DNA from: a virus
Lineage: Duplodnaviria > Caudoviricetes
Direction: 5' to 3' (one strand)
DNA: 64,000 bases
IMG/VR virus record: IMGVR_UViG_3300028048_000130
Coordinates: 7,727 to 71,726 of that record
The notes under the pieces were generated by a model. It was given only the letters and a program-made list of their open reading frames with translations, did not search any database and had not been told where the DNA came from. Below, one piece after another: positions 51,073-59,732 of the stretch. A program made the translations under genes and the position numbers. Positions within the stretch are counted from its first letter, which is position 1. Each line of letters begins with the position of its first letter.

Positions 51073-52655
51073 TTGTCAATTTCTACTTCTTCTGAAGTTT
51101 TATACAACGTTAGTGGTTCCATTAATGGTTGATTATCCGCGTTGGTTATAAATAAATCTTTCCGATAGCCTGTTCCAAGATGAATATTAGTCCAGATACG
51201 AACATTTTTATAGCGGCCACGCCGCATTTTATATATATCAATTACATGTGTAGGCCGATAGCTTGTATCATTTATATATTTCGCGTCAATAAGCCCGCTT
51301 CTTACGCCCGTCCTTAGCGCTGGAAGGATCTCTTCCCACATTTTTTCGGACACGCGCGTCATTACGTAACCCATATCCGCTTTATCTGCCACCGCTTTGG
51401 ACCCGCGAATGCATGTCTCATCCTTGAACGCGCCATCATTCTCCATACCCTTCGCGTTAACCTGCGTGCCGGTAAAGAGAAACACATTATAATCCTTAGC
51501 TATTTGTTTAAGTTGGTTCGCCATCATCATTAGAATACTATCTTCTCGCAAATTATTTTTTGAGAACTGATTCATCATGCTAGCGGTCGAATGAATATAG
51601 TCAAATGCAACATACTTTACATCTTCAACAGTTACATACTTTTTAATAGTGGCTTGTACATTTGTAAGATTTGGATCGCTTATTTCCTCAATAAAAAAGT
51701 AACCACTATATCTTTCAATAATTTTTGCCGCAAATTTTACTCTAGTTAATTCTCCAAATTCATATTTGCCAGTCAAAATATGATCTTCATCAACTCCAGA
51801 TAAATAAGCTAACATTATTGTCTGTAACTCTTGCTTATCCATCTCGGTTACAATGAAAAGAACTTTTCTTGGCTCACGTATTGACCCATCTTGTAAAGTT
51901 TCGTAAACAAAAGTTTTCTTATCATGCGACCATCGCGCTGGATAAGCTAAACGACACATATCAAATATGAATGTACGAGACTTACCGCCTGACGTGCTAG
52001 AGGATTTCAAAAACATACATCCTTTTCGCGCGCCACGGCAAACACTACTAAAAATTTCGCCTTCTAATTCTGGTCCAATGCTTGGCTTTGTTTGTAGCTC
52101 TTCAATTAATTCGAATATACCTTCAGCAGGATCGCCCTGGGCTTTGCCGCCATTTAGATATTCGTTACGTATAATATTATAATTACTTTCTATAGAATTT
52201 AATATATCTTCCATAGAAGATTCATCAAAACGTTCCTGAATTTTAATTGCCTTTAATGGGTCATCTATATCTTTGTCATCAATATAAAATTCACTAATAT
52301 CATACTTTTCTTTTTGTAGACGTCTTAGAAGTGAGCATTTCTTTAAGCGCGTATAATACATTTTAAAATTACTTAATTCTGCAAATTCATACGCGGCCTT
52401 TAAGAACTCCAGGCCGCCATTCTGCTTATAGATAATCGCGCTATTTTCATGTCTGTCTACTTCTTGATCTACCTCAATCGGAGATAAGGTTGTCGCGCCT
52501 TCTGTATATAATTTTTTTATAACAATAAAACAGATGCGTATAACTTTTATATCAAAATCATTTGGATTAATATCTTGATATTCTAGAAAAAGTAACGGAT
52601 TCTTCATTAAACAGCCAATAACTTGGCGATATGCCATTTTATCTGATAATGTCAT
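51054..52655 (-). CDS. dnaB: Replicative helicase (DnaB/SF4-like, YorI-like)
   Basis: Variant Walker A SSTSGGKSR, LFIVTEM, YVAFDYI, TGTQVN, DKAD and KMRRGR. Confidence 0.8.
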   Translation of the reverse strand: MTLSDKMAYRQVIGCLMKNPLLFLEYQDINPNDFDIKVIRICFIVIKKLYTEGATTLSPIEVDQEVDRHENSAIIYKQNGGLEFLKAAYEFAELSNFKMYYTRLKKCSLLRRLQKEKYDISEFYIDDKDIDDPLKAIKIQERFDESSMEDILNSIESNYNIIRNEYLNGGKAQGDPAEGIFELIEELQTKPSIGPELEGEIFSSVCRGARKGCMFLKSSSTSGGKSRTFIFDMCRLAYPARWSHDKKTFVYETLQDGSIREPRKVLFIVTEMDKQELQTIMLAYLSGVDEDHILTGKYEFGELTRVKFAAKIIERYSGYFFIEEISDPNLTNVQATIKKYVTVEDVKYVAFDYIHSTASMMNQFSKNNLREDSILMMMANQLKQIAKDYNVFLFTGTQVNAKGMENDGAFKDETCIRGSKAVADKADMGYVMTRVSEKMWEEILPALRTGVRSGLIDAKYINDTSYRPTHVIDIYKMRRGRYKNVRIWTNIHLGTGYRKDLFITNADNQPLMEPLTLYKTSEEVEIDKWKDSV

Positions 52656-53137
52656 TAATCATCCAACCAATCATCTGGATTTAGTTGTTCTACTTTTTTC
52701 TTTGACTCCTCATTAATTGAGACAATTGTCTTTTCTTGCTCTGTGTTGATTGCTCGTATAAAAGAATTCCCTTGTGATTCTCGCATACGTTTATACTTTA
52801 ACATTCTATCTACCGTTGGCGGCGTTACCAGACACAATGATTCTGCTAAAATTTTCTTATTCTCCACATGATAAATGTATTCAAGGCAATCAACAATCGT
52901 CTTGTCCGTATATCCGTACTTTTCACGCAAACGTTTTCGCTCGGTCCAGATTCGTGGTCCAGGATTTTTTAATCCAAAAATTTGCGATACTTTTGCCGCG
53001 AACATTTCACGACTTTGCTTTTCTTGTAAGCAATCGCGGCAATACCAGTGCATAGTCACACCTTGTCCAGCATACTGAATTAATTCGGTGCGGCGAAATT
53101 CTTGCTTGCATCCATAACATTTAAGAGTTATTTTCAC
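52655..53137 (-). CDS. Zn-finger protein, putative helicase loader (YorH-like position)
   Basis: GTG 53137 behind AGGAGTG; CYGC...CRDC; between AAA ATPase and helicase. Confidence 0.55.
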   Translation of the reverse strand: MKITLKCYGCKQEFRRTELIQYAGQGVTMHWYCRDCLQEKQSREMFAAKVSQIFGLKNPGPRIWTERKRLREKYGYTDKTIVDCLEYIYHVENKKILAESLCLVTPPTVDRMLKYKRMRESQGNSFIRAINTEQEKTIVSINEESKKKVEQLNPDDWLDD

Positions 53138-53165
53138 AACATCACTCCTATTTTGATCTAGGATT

Positions 53166-53194
53166 ATTATACAATAAGTTGGAAAAAAGGTCAA
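53166..53194 (-). promoter_or_regulatory. Sigma-A-type promoter for loader-helicase-primase-recJ
   Basis: TTGACC-17-TATAAT. Confidence 0.85.
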
Positions 53195-53195
53195 A

Positions 53196-53220
53196 TAAAA
53201 AAGACCACGGTTGTGGTCCT
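53196..53220 (-). terminator. Terminator after AAA ATPase
   Basis: AGGACCAC-AACC-GTGGTCTT then TTTT on the - strand. Confidence 0.78.
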
Positions 53221-53224
53221 ATGC

Positions 53225-55465
53225 TTACATCAGTTCTTTCATCTCATCGACGAATAGTTCAACTAGGTCAGCTTGAGATGGAACTGCTTGACTTATCTTA
53301 AAGTCCGCATTTCCAAATACGCGCTTCACAACATCTGTAATAGTGTTGTAGCGATGCTCTTTTTCTTCTTCATCGTCTCCAGCCGCAGCCATATATGATT
53401 GCCATATATTTTTTGCTTCGGCCATAACTTCTTGGAAGGGCCGCGCCTTAACTTGTGCGAACTCAGTATGATCAGTGACTTGTGCGCCATCAAGCTCAAC
53501 GGCCTTATCAATTGCTTCTCCAATAGCATCTACTAGTTCTTGGTATCCAAATTTAATCTTTGGCGCAAGATACTGATATCGAGATCCAGCAAAAATGGTT
53601 GGAGTTGATCGTGTATACAGATAGCGTTCCGTTGTACCATCAGCATTCATTTGGACTTGAAGATAGCCAATAATATCCACGATTGAATTGATAATAGTGT
53701 ATGCATTATTAGGAAGGTCAGGTGCCATTGCGCTAATGGTGTTACCTTCCTCGTCTTTCATTTCGGTTGGCTTTTCCTTGCTGTGTGCAATAAAAAGTAT
53801 ACCAAAATTTAAGAGGGTAATTTCACGCCAAAACTCTGAGAATTCGTTCTTTAACATGCCCCACCCGGCGCCCCATGCGACGTCACGAATAGAGTCTACG
53901 CCTTCTCTTTGGCAGATGTATTTCTCGCAAAGCTGCCAAGCAATCGACGCGGTATCCACTACTATACTATCATACATCTCTTTGGCCTGAGGCTTACGTA
54001 ATTGCGCTAGGACTTTCTTCGCGTCAGTCCAGCGTAAAATGGGGACACTCCGTATTCCAGCGAGGGCATTCGTGCCTTGCTCGAAGTTTAGGAATAGCGA
54101 CCGAGGAAGTTGAGATCCGAAGGTTGATTTACCGGTTTTCATTTGTTATCTAATAGGCTTTTTATCCTATTACTCTTATATTTTTATATAAGTTCAGCGT
54201 ACCTTTTCATCCTGGCACTCAGGATGCACTGCCTCTTGGGTTTTATTGTCTATACATAATTCACAAAATTTCTTATATTTTCTTTCAAGATAAAGTAAAT
54301 TATCTTTGTAATAGAAAGCTTTGAATAGTTTTCTTGTTGAGTTATTTGAGTATTGAATATAATAAAGAACATTTGAGCGCATTTGCTCTTGGATTGAAAC
54401 TTTTGGAATGTCATATCGTTTTTCCAGAAAAGTTAATATTTGCTCAAGCGTTTCTTTTCGCGCACTGCATAAAGAACTTCTAATTGCCGACTTCCCTGCT
54501 GTACAAATTGTACCATCGCCATCCCAATATCCACGAATAAAATCTATTAGATATTCTTCTGGAATTGTTTCAGGAATTGAAAAAGTAAAAGTCTTTTGAG
54601 GAATCACATTATATTTTTTCAAATCTTCTTTATATACAGCGCTATTGATTTCTAAAGTAGCAATGTCAAATCCCTTACTAGTAGTTGTATATTTTACTGG
54701 ACCATCAAATTCTAGCTCTTTTTTTATTTTCTCTAACAATTCAGCATCTTTTTGAGCCAGCGTTAGTTTTACACAATTGCTATTAGACGCTATTGTTCCA
54801 TCCGCAGCCAAGAAACCAATAATATACGCTACATTAGAATTCATATTTTTAAAGTAGTTTTCATTAAAATGATATTTTCTTTCCGCAACGTTTCTTACTT
54901 GGATCCCTTCATGTTTATCACGAATATGAATATTATTCTCAACCAAAATTTTTCTAACTTTATAATATCCTACTCCAAATTCTTTTCCAGAAGCTATTAA
55001 TCCCATCCCATTGAGATAATTTGTGATGATTTTATTTTGAATTTCTTCTGAAACTTCATACTTCTTGGCGCGGGACCCTGCTTCACTTTTATCGCGAATA
55101 TGAATATTATTGTCTACTAAGCATTTTTTAATTGTTTCAAATTTATGATGATACTTTTCGCATAGCTCTTTAAAGGTCATGCCGTTTTCATAATCATTAA
55201 TAATTTTTTCCGCTTCTTGTTGTGTCACACTGACCAACCTTTCTTTATGTATAGTTTTTAACCTACGCGTTGCGCGTGAAATAACTTTTAAATTATTCCT
55301 TCCGCTCGGGTTACCTTTTAAGGCTTCCCGTTTTTGCAGTGTTATCTTATGCAATTACTCACATAAGGCCCAAAACCTAGGCTCCCCGTAAATCAATAGA
55401 AACTTTCCCTTAAGGTCGCGCGAGATCTTTGAAGGTTGAAGTGAGAAAATGTCTAAGTCTGCCAT
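53225..55465 (-). CDS. AAA_24/Sak4-like ATPase (YorG-like), spliced: complement(join(53225..54139,55379..55465)), 333 aa
   Basis: GGAGG RBS + MADLDIFSL...LLIYGEP; splicing restores Walker A GEP|KTGKST; Walker B SIVVDTA; FIAHS, DIIGY. Confidence 0.87.
54140..55378 (-). mobile_element. Group I intron 5 (1,239 nt) splitting the Walker A motif; covariant P7; ORF between P7 and P3
   Basis: P1 GCCU|A/UGGGC; P10 AAAACC/GGUUUU; P3 CACUGC/GCAGUG; P7 GCGUA/UACGC; P8 CAUCCUG/CAGGAUG; terminal G 54140. Confidence 0.88.
54194..55228 (-). CDS. Intron-encoded two-motif LAGLIDADG endonuclease with N-terminal HTH repeats
   Basis: AYIIGFLAADG and FIRGYWDGDG; probable GTG start at 55228 behind GAAAGG (listed ORF starts 55354 within intron core). 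Confidence 0.85.
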   Translation of the reverse strand: MTQQEAEKIINDYENGMTFKELCEKYHHKFETIKKCLVDNNIHIRDKSEAGSRAKKYEVSEEIQNKIITNYLNGMGLIASGKEFGVGYYKVRKILVENNIHIRDKHEGIQVRNVAERKYHFNENYFKNMNSNVAYIIGFLAADGTIASNSNCVKLTLAQKDAELLEKIKKELEFDGPVKYTTTSKGFDIATLEINSAVYKEDLKKYNVIPQKTFTFSIPETIPEEYLIDFIRGYWDGDGTICTAGKSAIRSSLCSARKETLEQILTFLEKRYDIPKVSIQEQMRSNVLYYIQYSNNSTRKLFKAFYYKDNLLYLERKYKKFCELCIDNKTQEAVHPECQDEKVR

Positions 55466-55505
55466 AAAATACCTCCGCTAAATCAGATGAGGAGTAAGCT
55501 CGCGC

Positions 55506-56414
55506 TTACTCTTCCCATCCATAGTTCGGCTTAGCCTTTGCAGTAGGTGCCGCAGCCTTACCGCTACTCTTTCCCTTACCCTGAGCATCAATCTGAAGCT
55601 GCTCCATAAGCGCCTTACGCGCATTTAGCCCCTTCTTGATCTCTACAGGATCATACGCGAACTCTTCGTCCTTACCCTGGTCGTCGCCCTTTGTGATAAT
55701 TAGCTCACGAATATAACGAGTCGTGGTTTCAGGAATATCCTCGCCCCAAGAGCTCTCGCTCTTCTCAGAAACGACCTCTGAAGACGTTACGCGGATACGT
55801 CCCTTAATATTAACCGTCTGATCGACTTCCCAGTTATTTTCAATAAACTCGACCGCGGCAGGATCTTCAACGATGAAATCAATAACATCAAGTTTGCCGC
55901 CATACGTAACCAGAGCACCACGAACAATGAAACGTCCAGTTGTATCTCCGTCACGATCTTCTTCTGGCTTCATGCCAAGAATATAAATATCTAGATTGAA
56001 AGACCCAACGCTATTAAGCTTTGCTTTGTTTACAAAGGAGGCTCTGAGCTGCCATCCATCTACTACTCTTCCAGATTTAGAGACATAAGCATTCTCACTA
56101 ATCGTAGTGCCGGTAAGTGAAATTACATCTGCCTCGTCATATCCATCTTCCTGTGCCGTCCGCATTCCCTTTAGATCCTGAATGCTCTTGTACGCAGGAT
56201 TGGTTCCGCCCTTCTTGGTAAACTGAGTCGCGAACATTGAGACTGGGATCTCGCTCGTCTCTTCCTTACCACCATAGGTCTGAGTTACACGAACAGTTAG
56301 TCTCGCGCGCTCATATGGTGCGCCTGCCTGTGTCTTTCCGGTATCAAAAGTTGCATCAAGTAGTTTTCCAACAAGATTAATTTTATTTAGTGATTCATCT
56401 GCTAGTGTTTTCAT
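55506..56414 (-). CDS. Single-stranded DNA-binding protein-like (YorF-like position)
   Basis: Two OB-fold-like halves (NKINLVGKL; FNLDIYI), flexible tail ending YGWEE; upstream of AAA ATPase. Confidence 0.62.
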   Translation of the reverse strand: MKTLADESLNKINLVGKLLDATFDTGKTQAGAPYERARLTVRVTQTYGGKEETSEIPVSMFATQFTKKGGTNPAYKSIQDLKGMRTAQEDGYDEADVISLTGTTISENAYVSKSGRVVDGWQLRASFVNKAKLNSVGSFNLDIYILGMKPEEDRDGDTTGRFIVRGALVTYGGKLDVIDFIVEDPAAVEFIENNWEVDQTVNIKGRIRVTSSEVVSEKSESSWGEDIPETTTRYIRELIITKGDDQGKDEEFAYDPVEIKKGLNARKALMEQLQIDAQGKGKSSGKAAAPTAKAKPNYGWEE

Positions 56415-56470
56415 TTATTACTCCATTTATTTTCTTTATTATTTTACTTTTAACTACTTATTAGAGAGGA

Positions 56471-56496
56471 AAAGCGATCTAACTAGAGATCGCTTT
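56471..56496 (-). terminator. Stem-loop / probable terminator after HTH gene
   Basis: AAAGCGATCT-CTAGTT-AGATCGCTTT then TCCTCTCT. Confidence 0.55.
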
Positions 56497-56504
56497 ATTA
56501 TTTA

Positions 56505-56843
56505 TTACTGGGCTGCTTTCGCGGCGGCCTTCGCAAGCTTTGCGGCTTCCTTTGCGGCTAGCTTCTCGGCTTCCTCGGCAACGGGATCGTAAGCAAGGCC
56601 TTCCTCGGTTAGGGTATGATAAACGATCTTCTGAACCTTAGCCTTGCGGGTCTCGGTCGCAGGGACTAGCTCGATCTCTTCGGTACGAGTATTAACAACA
56701 TAACCCTTCTTGACTAGGTTATTCATTGAACCAGTTACGGCTGGTAGAGAAATCTTTAGTTCCTGTGCAATCTGCTGCTTAGAAAATTCCTTACCATAAT
56801 TCTTCTTTAGAAAATTGAGTACGCTTTCGCTATTGACGGTCAT
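56505..56843 (-). CDS. Winged-helix (MarR/LexA-like) DNA-binding protein with Ala/Lys tail
   Basis: SKQQIAQELKISLPAVTGSMNNLVKKGYV; C-terminal AAKEAAKLAKAAAKAAQ. Confidence 0.72.
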   Translation of the reverse strand: MTVNSESVLNFLKKNYGKEFSKQQIAQELKISLPAVTGSMNNLVKKGYVVNTRTEEIELVPATETRKAKVQKIVYHTLTEEGLAYDPVAEEAEKLAAKEAAKLAKAAAKAAQ

Positions 56844-56942
56844 ATTAGTTTTCTCCTTTTAATAATTGTATTATTTAATTTATATTTTATTTTAAAGATT
56901 GGTATGAATTTCTAAGCTCATGCCTCTCTTTATCATGTAATA

Positions 56943-56971
56943 AGTATACTGTAATTTACTACTCAAGTCAA
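56943..56971 (-). promoter_or_regulatory. Sigma-A-type promoter for HTH gene (~100-nt leader)
   Basis: TTGACT-17-TATACT. Confidence 0.75.
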
Positions 56972-57367
56972 TTACTTAGTTTCATCAGTTATCTGAAAAA
57001 CTTCATTGGCCATTTCTGCCATTTTATCTTCTTCTTCTACTTTCATTACTTTCTGAAGCTTAGGAATAATATCTTGCTGATATCCATTGAGAACGTTCTG
57101 CATATTCGTAATCTGATCTTGCATGTTGTTAGCAATGATAAAAGTAGCAACAAGAATTTTAGCATAATCAGCTTTCTTTAAAGTATTAAAGTCAAAGTCC
57201 TTCGCACGAATCTTATCATAAAATTTAGCATAATCATCGCGCATAATCTGGGCCGTCTTCATGCCCCTTTCATCGTTCTTCTTTTTATCATATTCCATAA
57301 CTTGTTCTGCGATTAGCTCTGCAGAATGGACAAGTTCGGTAAATAGTTCTGCGTATTTCTGATGCAT
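56972..57367 (-). CDS. Hypothetical helical protein
   Basis: 131 aa, RBS GAGG, follows topoisomerase A. Confidence 0.55.
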   Translation of the reverse strand: MHQKYAELFTELVHSAELIAEQVMEYDKKKNDERGMKTAQIMRDDYAKFYDKIRAKDFDFNTLKKADYAKILVATFIIANNMQDQITNMQNVLNGYQQDIIPKLQKVMKVEEEDKMAEMANEVFQITDETK

Positions 57368-57389
57368 TTTATCCTCACATAATTTATTC

Positions 57390-59732
57390 TTAGTGTCTAA
57401 TAAGTATTACTCCACTTGTTGTTCGACTCTGTACGGGAATATCACTTATTTTTAAAACAAGAGTCTTGTTATTAACAGAAAGGAAGAGATTGGTTTGTCC
57501 TTCTTCTACCGCTTTAACAATACCGCATTGGCTATTCTTTAGAGTCATTAATTGGTTACCTTTTACTGCGCGGCTAGTTTCAGAGTATTCTTCCAATATG
57601 GTAATTTTTCCTACACCATTAGTATCCATCGTGAGCAGACCAACGTAAGCTAAATTGCTTTTGATGATAGCTGCTTGTACAACATGCTCATCTTCATTCA
57701 ATTTAATTGCCTTTACGCCTTTAGTTGCCCGCCCAGTTGCTCCAACTTCACTTAAAGGATAATAGTTATAATACCCACTGCTACTTGCAATTAATACTTT
57801 ATCTTCATCACTCATAGACAAGAACACATTTACGATTTCATCGTTCTCCTCTAGCTTAACGCCAACAATGCCCTTCTTAAGCCGACCACGATATTCCTTA
57901 ACATTGGTTTTCTTAATGTAACCGTTTCTGCTAATAGTAACTAATGTTTTATAAGAAGAGAAGGAAGTCATATCGACCAATAGAATTACTTTATCATCAT
58001 TAAGATCAATTAAATCATAGATAGAATAATCCTTGTTATATTCTAGATCGGCTAATGTAAAGCTAAACATCTTGCCAGAAGAGGTGAACGCCGCAATAGA
58101 GCCCAGGTTCGTTGTGAATAACGTATTAATCAGATTTGCACCCTTTGGCGGCTTAACGTTAGTTCCCTTTCTACCACGCTTATTTTCCTGCACTTCGTTC
58201 TGCTTGAAGAGACGAATCATGTTATTATCGAAGAGTAGAACTCCTACGTCTTCTTCTTCAATTACATTTTCTTCTTCCTTCGGCTCAGAAAGATTTACAA
58301 CTTTCGTTCTTCTTTCATCACCAAATTTGTCTGCTACTTCTTGCAGAATCTTGATTAGTTCGTCATCGAGAGCGGTGCTATTCTTTAATAAGTAATTAAA
58401 CTTCTCAATTTTTTCAAGCAATTCCGCTTTCTCGTTATCCAATTTTATAGCATCGATTTTGGTGAGAGAAGAAAGTTTCATTGCCAAGATAGCTTTCGTC
58501 TGCTCTTCGTTGAACTTAAATCTTTCAATTAATTTAAGTGATGCTTCTGCTGGATTTTGAGAAGAACGAATTATCTTAACTACTTCGTCTATAGATACGG
58601 CCGCGATAAGTAAACCTTCGACTACGTTCTTACGGGCGAGTGCTTTATCCAGATCAAACTCAATCTCGCGGCGTTTGCAAGCGCGGATATGGGTGATGTA
58701 TTCTTGAAAAATTTGCCTTAACCCCATGATTTGAGGATAACGACCATCCTTCAGTACCCACATGTTAATCGTAAAATGATTTTCAAGGCTAGTATCTTTG
58801 TATAGCTTTTCAATCATTTTCTTTGAATTAACACCTTTATTTAATTCTATCACAATTTCTGGTGTTTTACCAGTATTATCGTGAATATTTTTTATACCAT
58901 AGTGGTCATCTTCCATTAACTCATGAATCTGAGTTTTAATTACTTCGCTATAAACTCCATATGGCAATTCGGTAATTAAGATGCTATTATTATCTGGATT
59001 ATAATTCATTACCGCTCGTAATTTACAAGCGTCACCCTGACCATTAATTAAAGACTGATAAACTTCTTTTGCATTAGTAAGGATGCCGCCTGTGGCGAAA
59101 TCTGGCATGATAATTATTTCTTTATCTGCCGCATCAGGATTCTTAATTAATTTAATAATTGCTTCGTTTACTTCTCTCAAAGAGAACTGAGGAATTGAGC
59201 TGCTTATTGCGATTCCAAGGCCTTGAGTGCCATTGCAGAGGTTAAAATAACCAATACTAGGCATGACACCAGGATACTGCTCTGTTTCATCAAAATTGTT
59301 TCGCCAGTTGTCGCCTATTGCATTTTTATCCAATCCACTATAAAGATAACTTGCAATTTCGCTTAGTCTTAGTTCGGTATAACGCATCGCGGCTTCATCG
59401 CCATTTTTAGTCATTGTACCGTTATTTCCTTGACATTCTTCCAGTGGGACTCGCATTGCAAACTCTTTGCTCATCCTGATGTAAGACCCATAGCAGGAAC
59501 TTTCTCCATGCTCATATAGATGGCCTAAGCAATCACCAACTACTCGCGCGCTTTTGATAAACGGCTTCTTATGTGTATTCTTCGTAATAGCCATTTGGGA
59601 GAAAATGAGCATGCGCGCGCTCGGCTTGAGCATATCACGCACGTCACAAATAGCTCGATCTAGAATTACATTGCCAGCATAACGCTCGAAGTTTTCATTT
59701 ACTACATCAACCATTTGTCGTTGATTTATCAT
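57390..59732 (-). CDS. gyrA: Type IIA topoisomerase subunit A (GyrA/ParC-like)
   Basis: DMLKPSARM, KSARVVG, AAMRYTE catalytic Tyr, PDFATGG, C-terminal beta-pinwheel repeats; gyrase vs topo IV not resolved. Confidence 0.88.
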   Translation of the reverse strand: MINQRQMVDVVNENFERYAGNVILDRAICDVRDMLKPSARMLIFSQMAITKNTHKKPFIKSARVVGDCLGHLYEHGESSCYGSYIRMSKEFAMRVPLEECQGNNGTMTKNGDEAAMRYTELRLSEIASYLYSGLDKNAIGDNWRNNFDETEQYPGVMPSIGYFNLCNGTQGLGIAISSSIPQFSLREVNEAIIKLIKNPDAADKEIIIMPDFATGGILTNAKEVYQSLINGQGDACKLRAVMNYNPDNNSILITELPYGVYSEVIKTQIHELMEDDHYGIKNIHDNTGKTPEIVIELNKGVNSKKMIEKLYKDTSLENHFTINMWVLKDGRYPQIMGLRQIFQEYITHIRACKRREIEFDLDKALARKNVVEGLLIAAVSIDEVVKIIRSSQNPAEASLKLIERFKFNEEQTKAILAMKLSSLTKIDAIKLDNEKAELLEKIEKFNYLLKNSTALDDELIKILQEVADKFGDERRTKVVNLSEPKEEENVIEEEDVGVLLFDNNMIRLFKQNEVQENKRGRKGTNVKPPKGANLINTLFTTNLGSIAAFTSSGKMFSFTLADLEYNKDYSIYDLIDLNDDKVILLVDMTSFSSYKTLVTISRNGYIKKTNVKEYRGRLKKGIVGVKLEENDEIVNVFLSMSDEDKVLIASSSGYYNYYPLSEVGATGRATKGVKAIKLNEDEHVVQAAIIKSNLAYVGLLTMDTNGVGKITILEEYSETSRAVKGNQLMTLKNSQCGIVKAVEEGQTNLFLSVNNKTLVLKISDIPVQSRTTSGVILIRH

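Noticed and set aside
56860-56940. Leader of the HTH gene as a riboswitch or sRNA
   Set aside because: Only one imperfect hairpin (GGCATGAG...TTCATACC) in AT-rich sequence; no known aptamer pattern.
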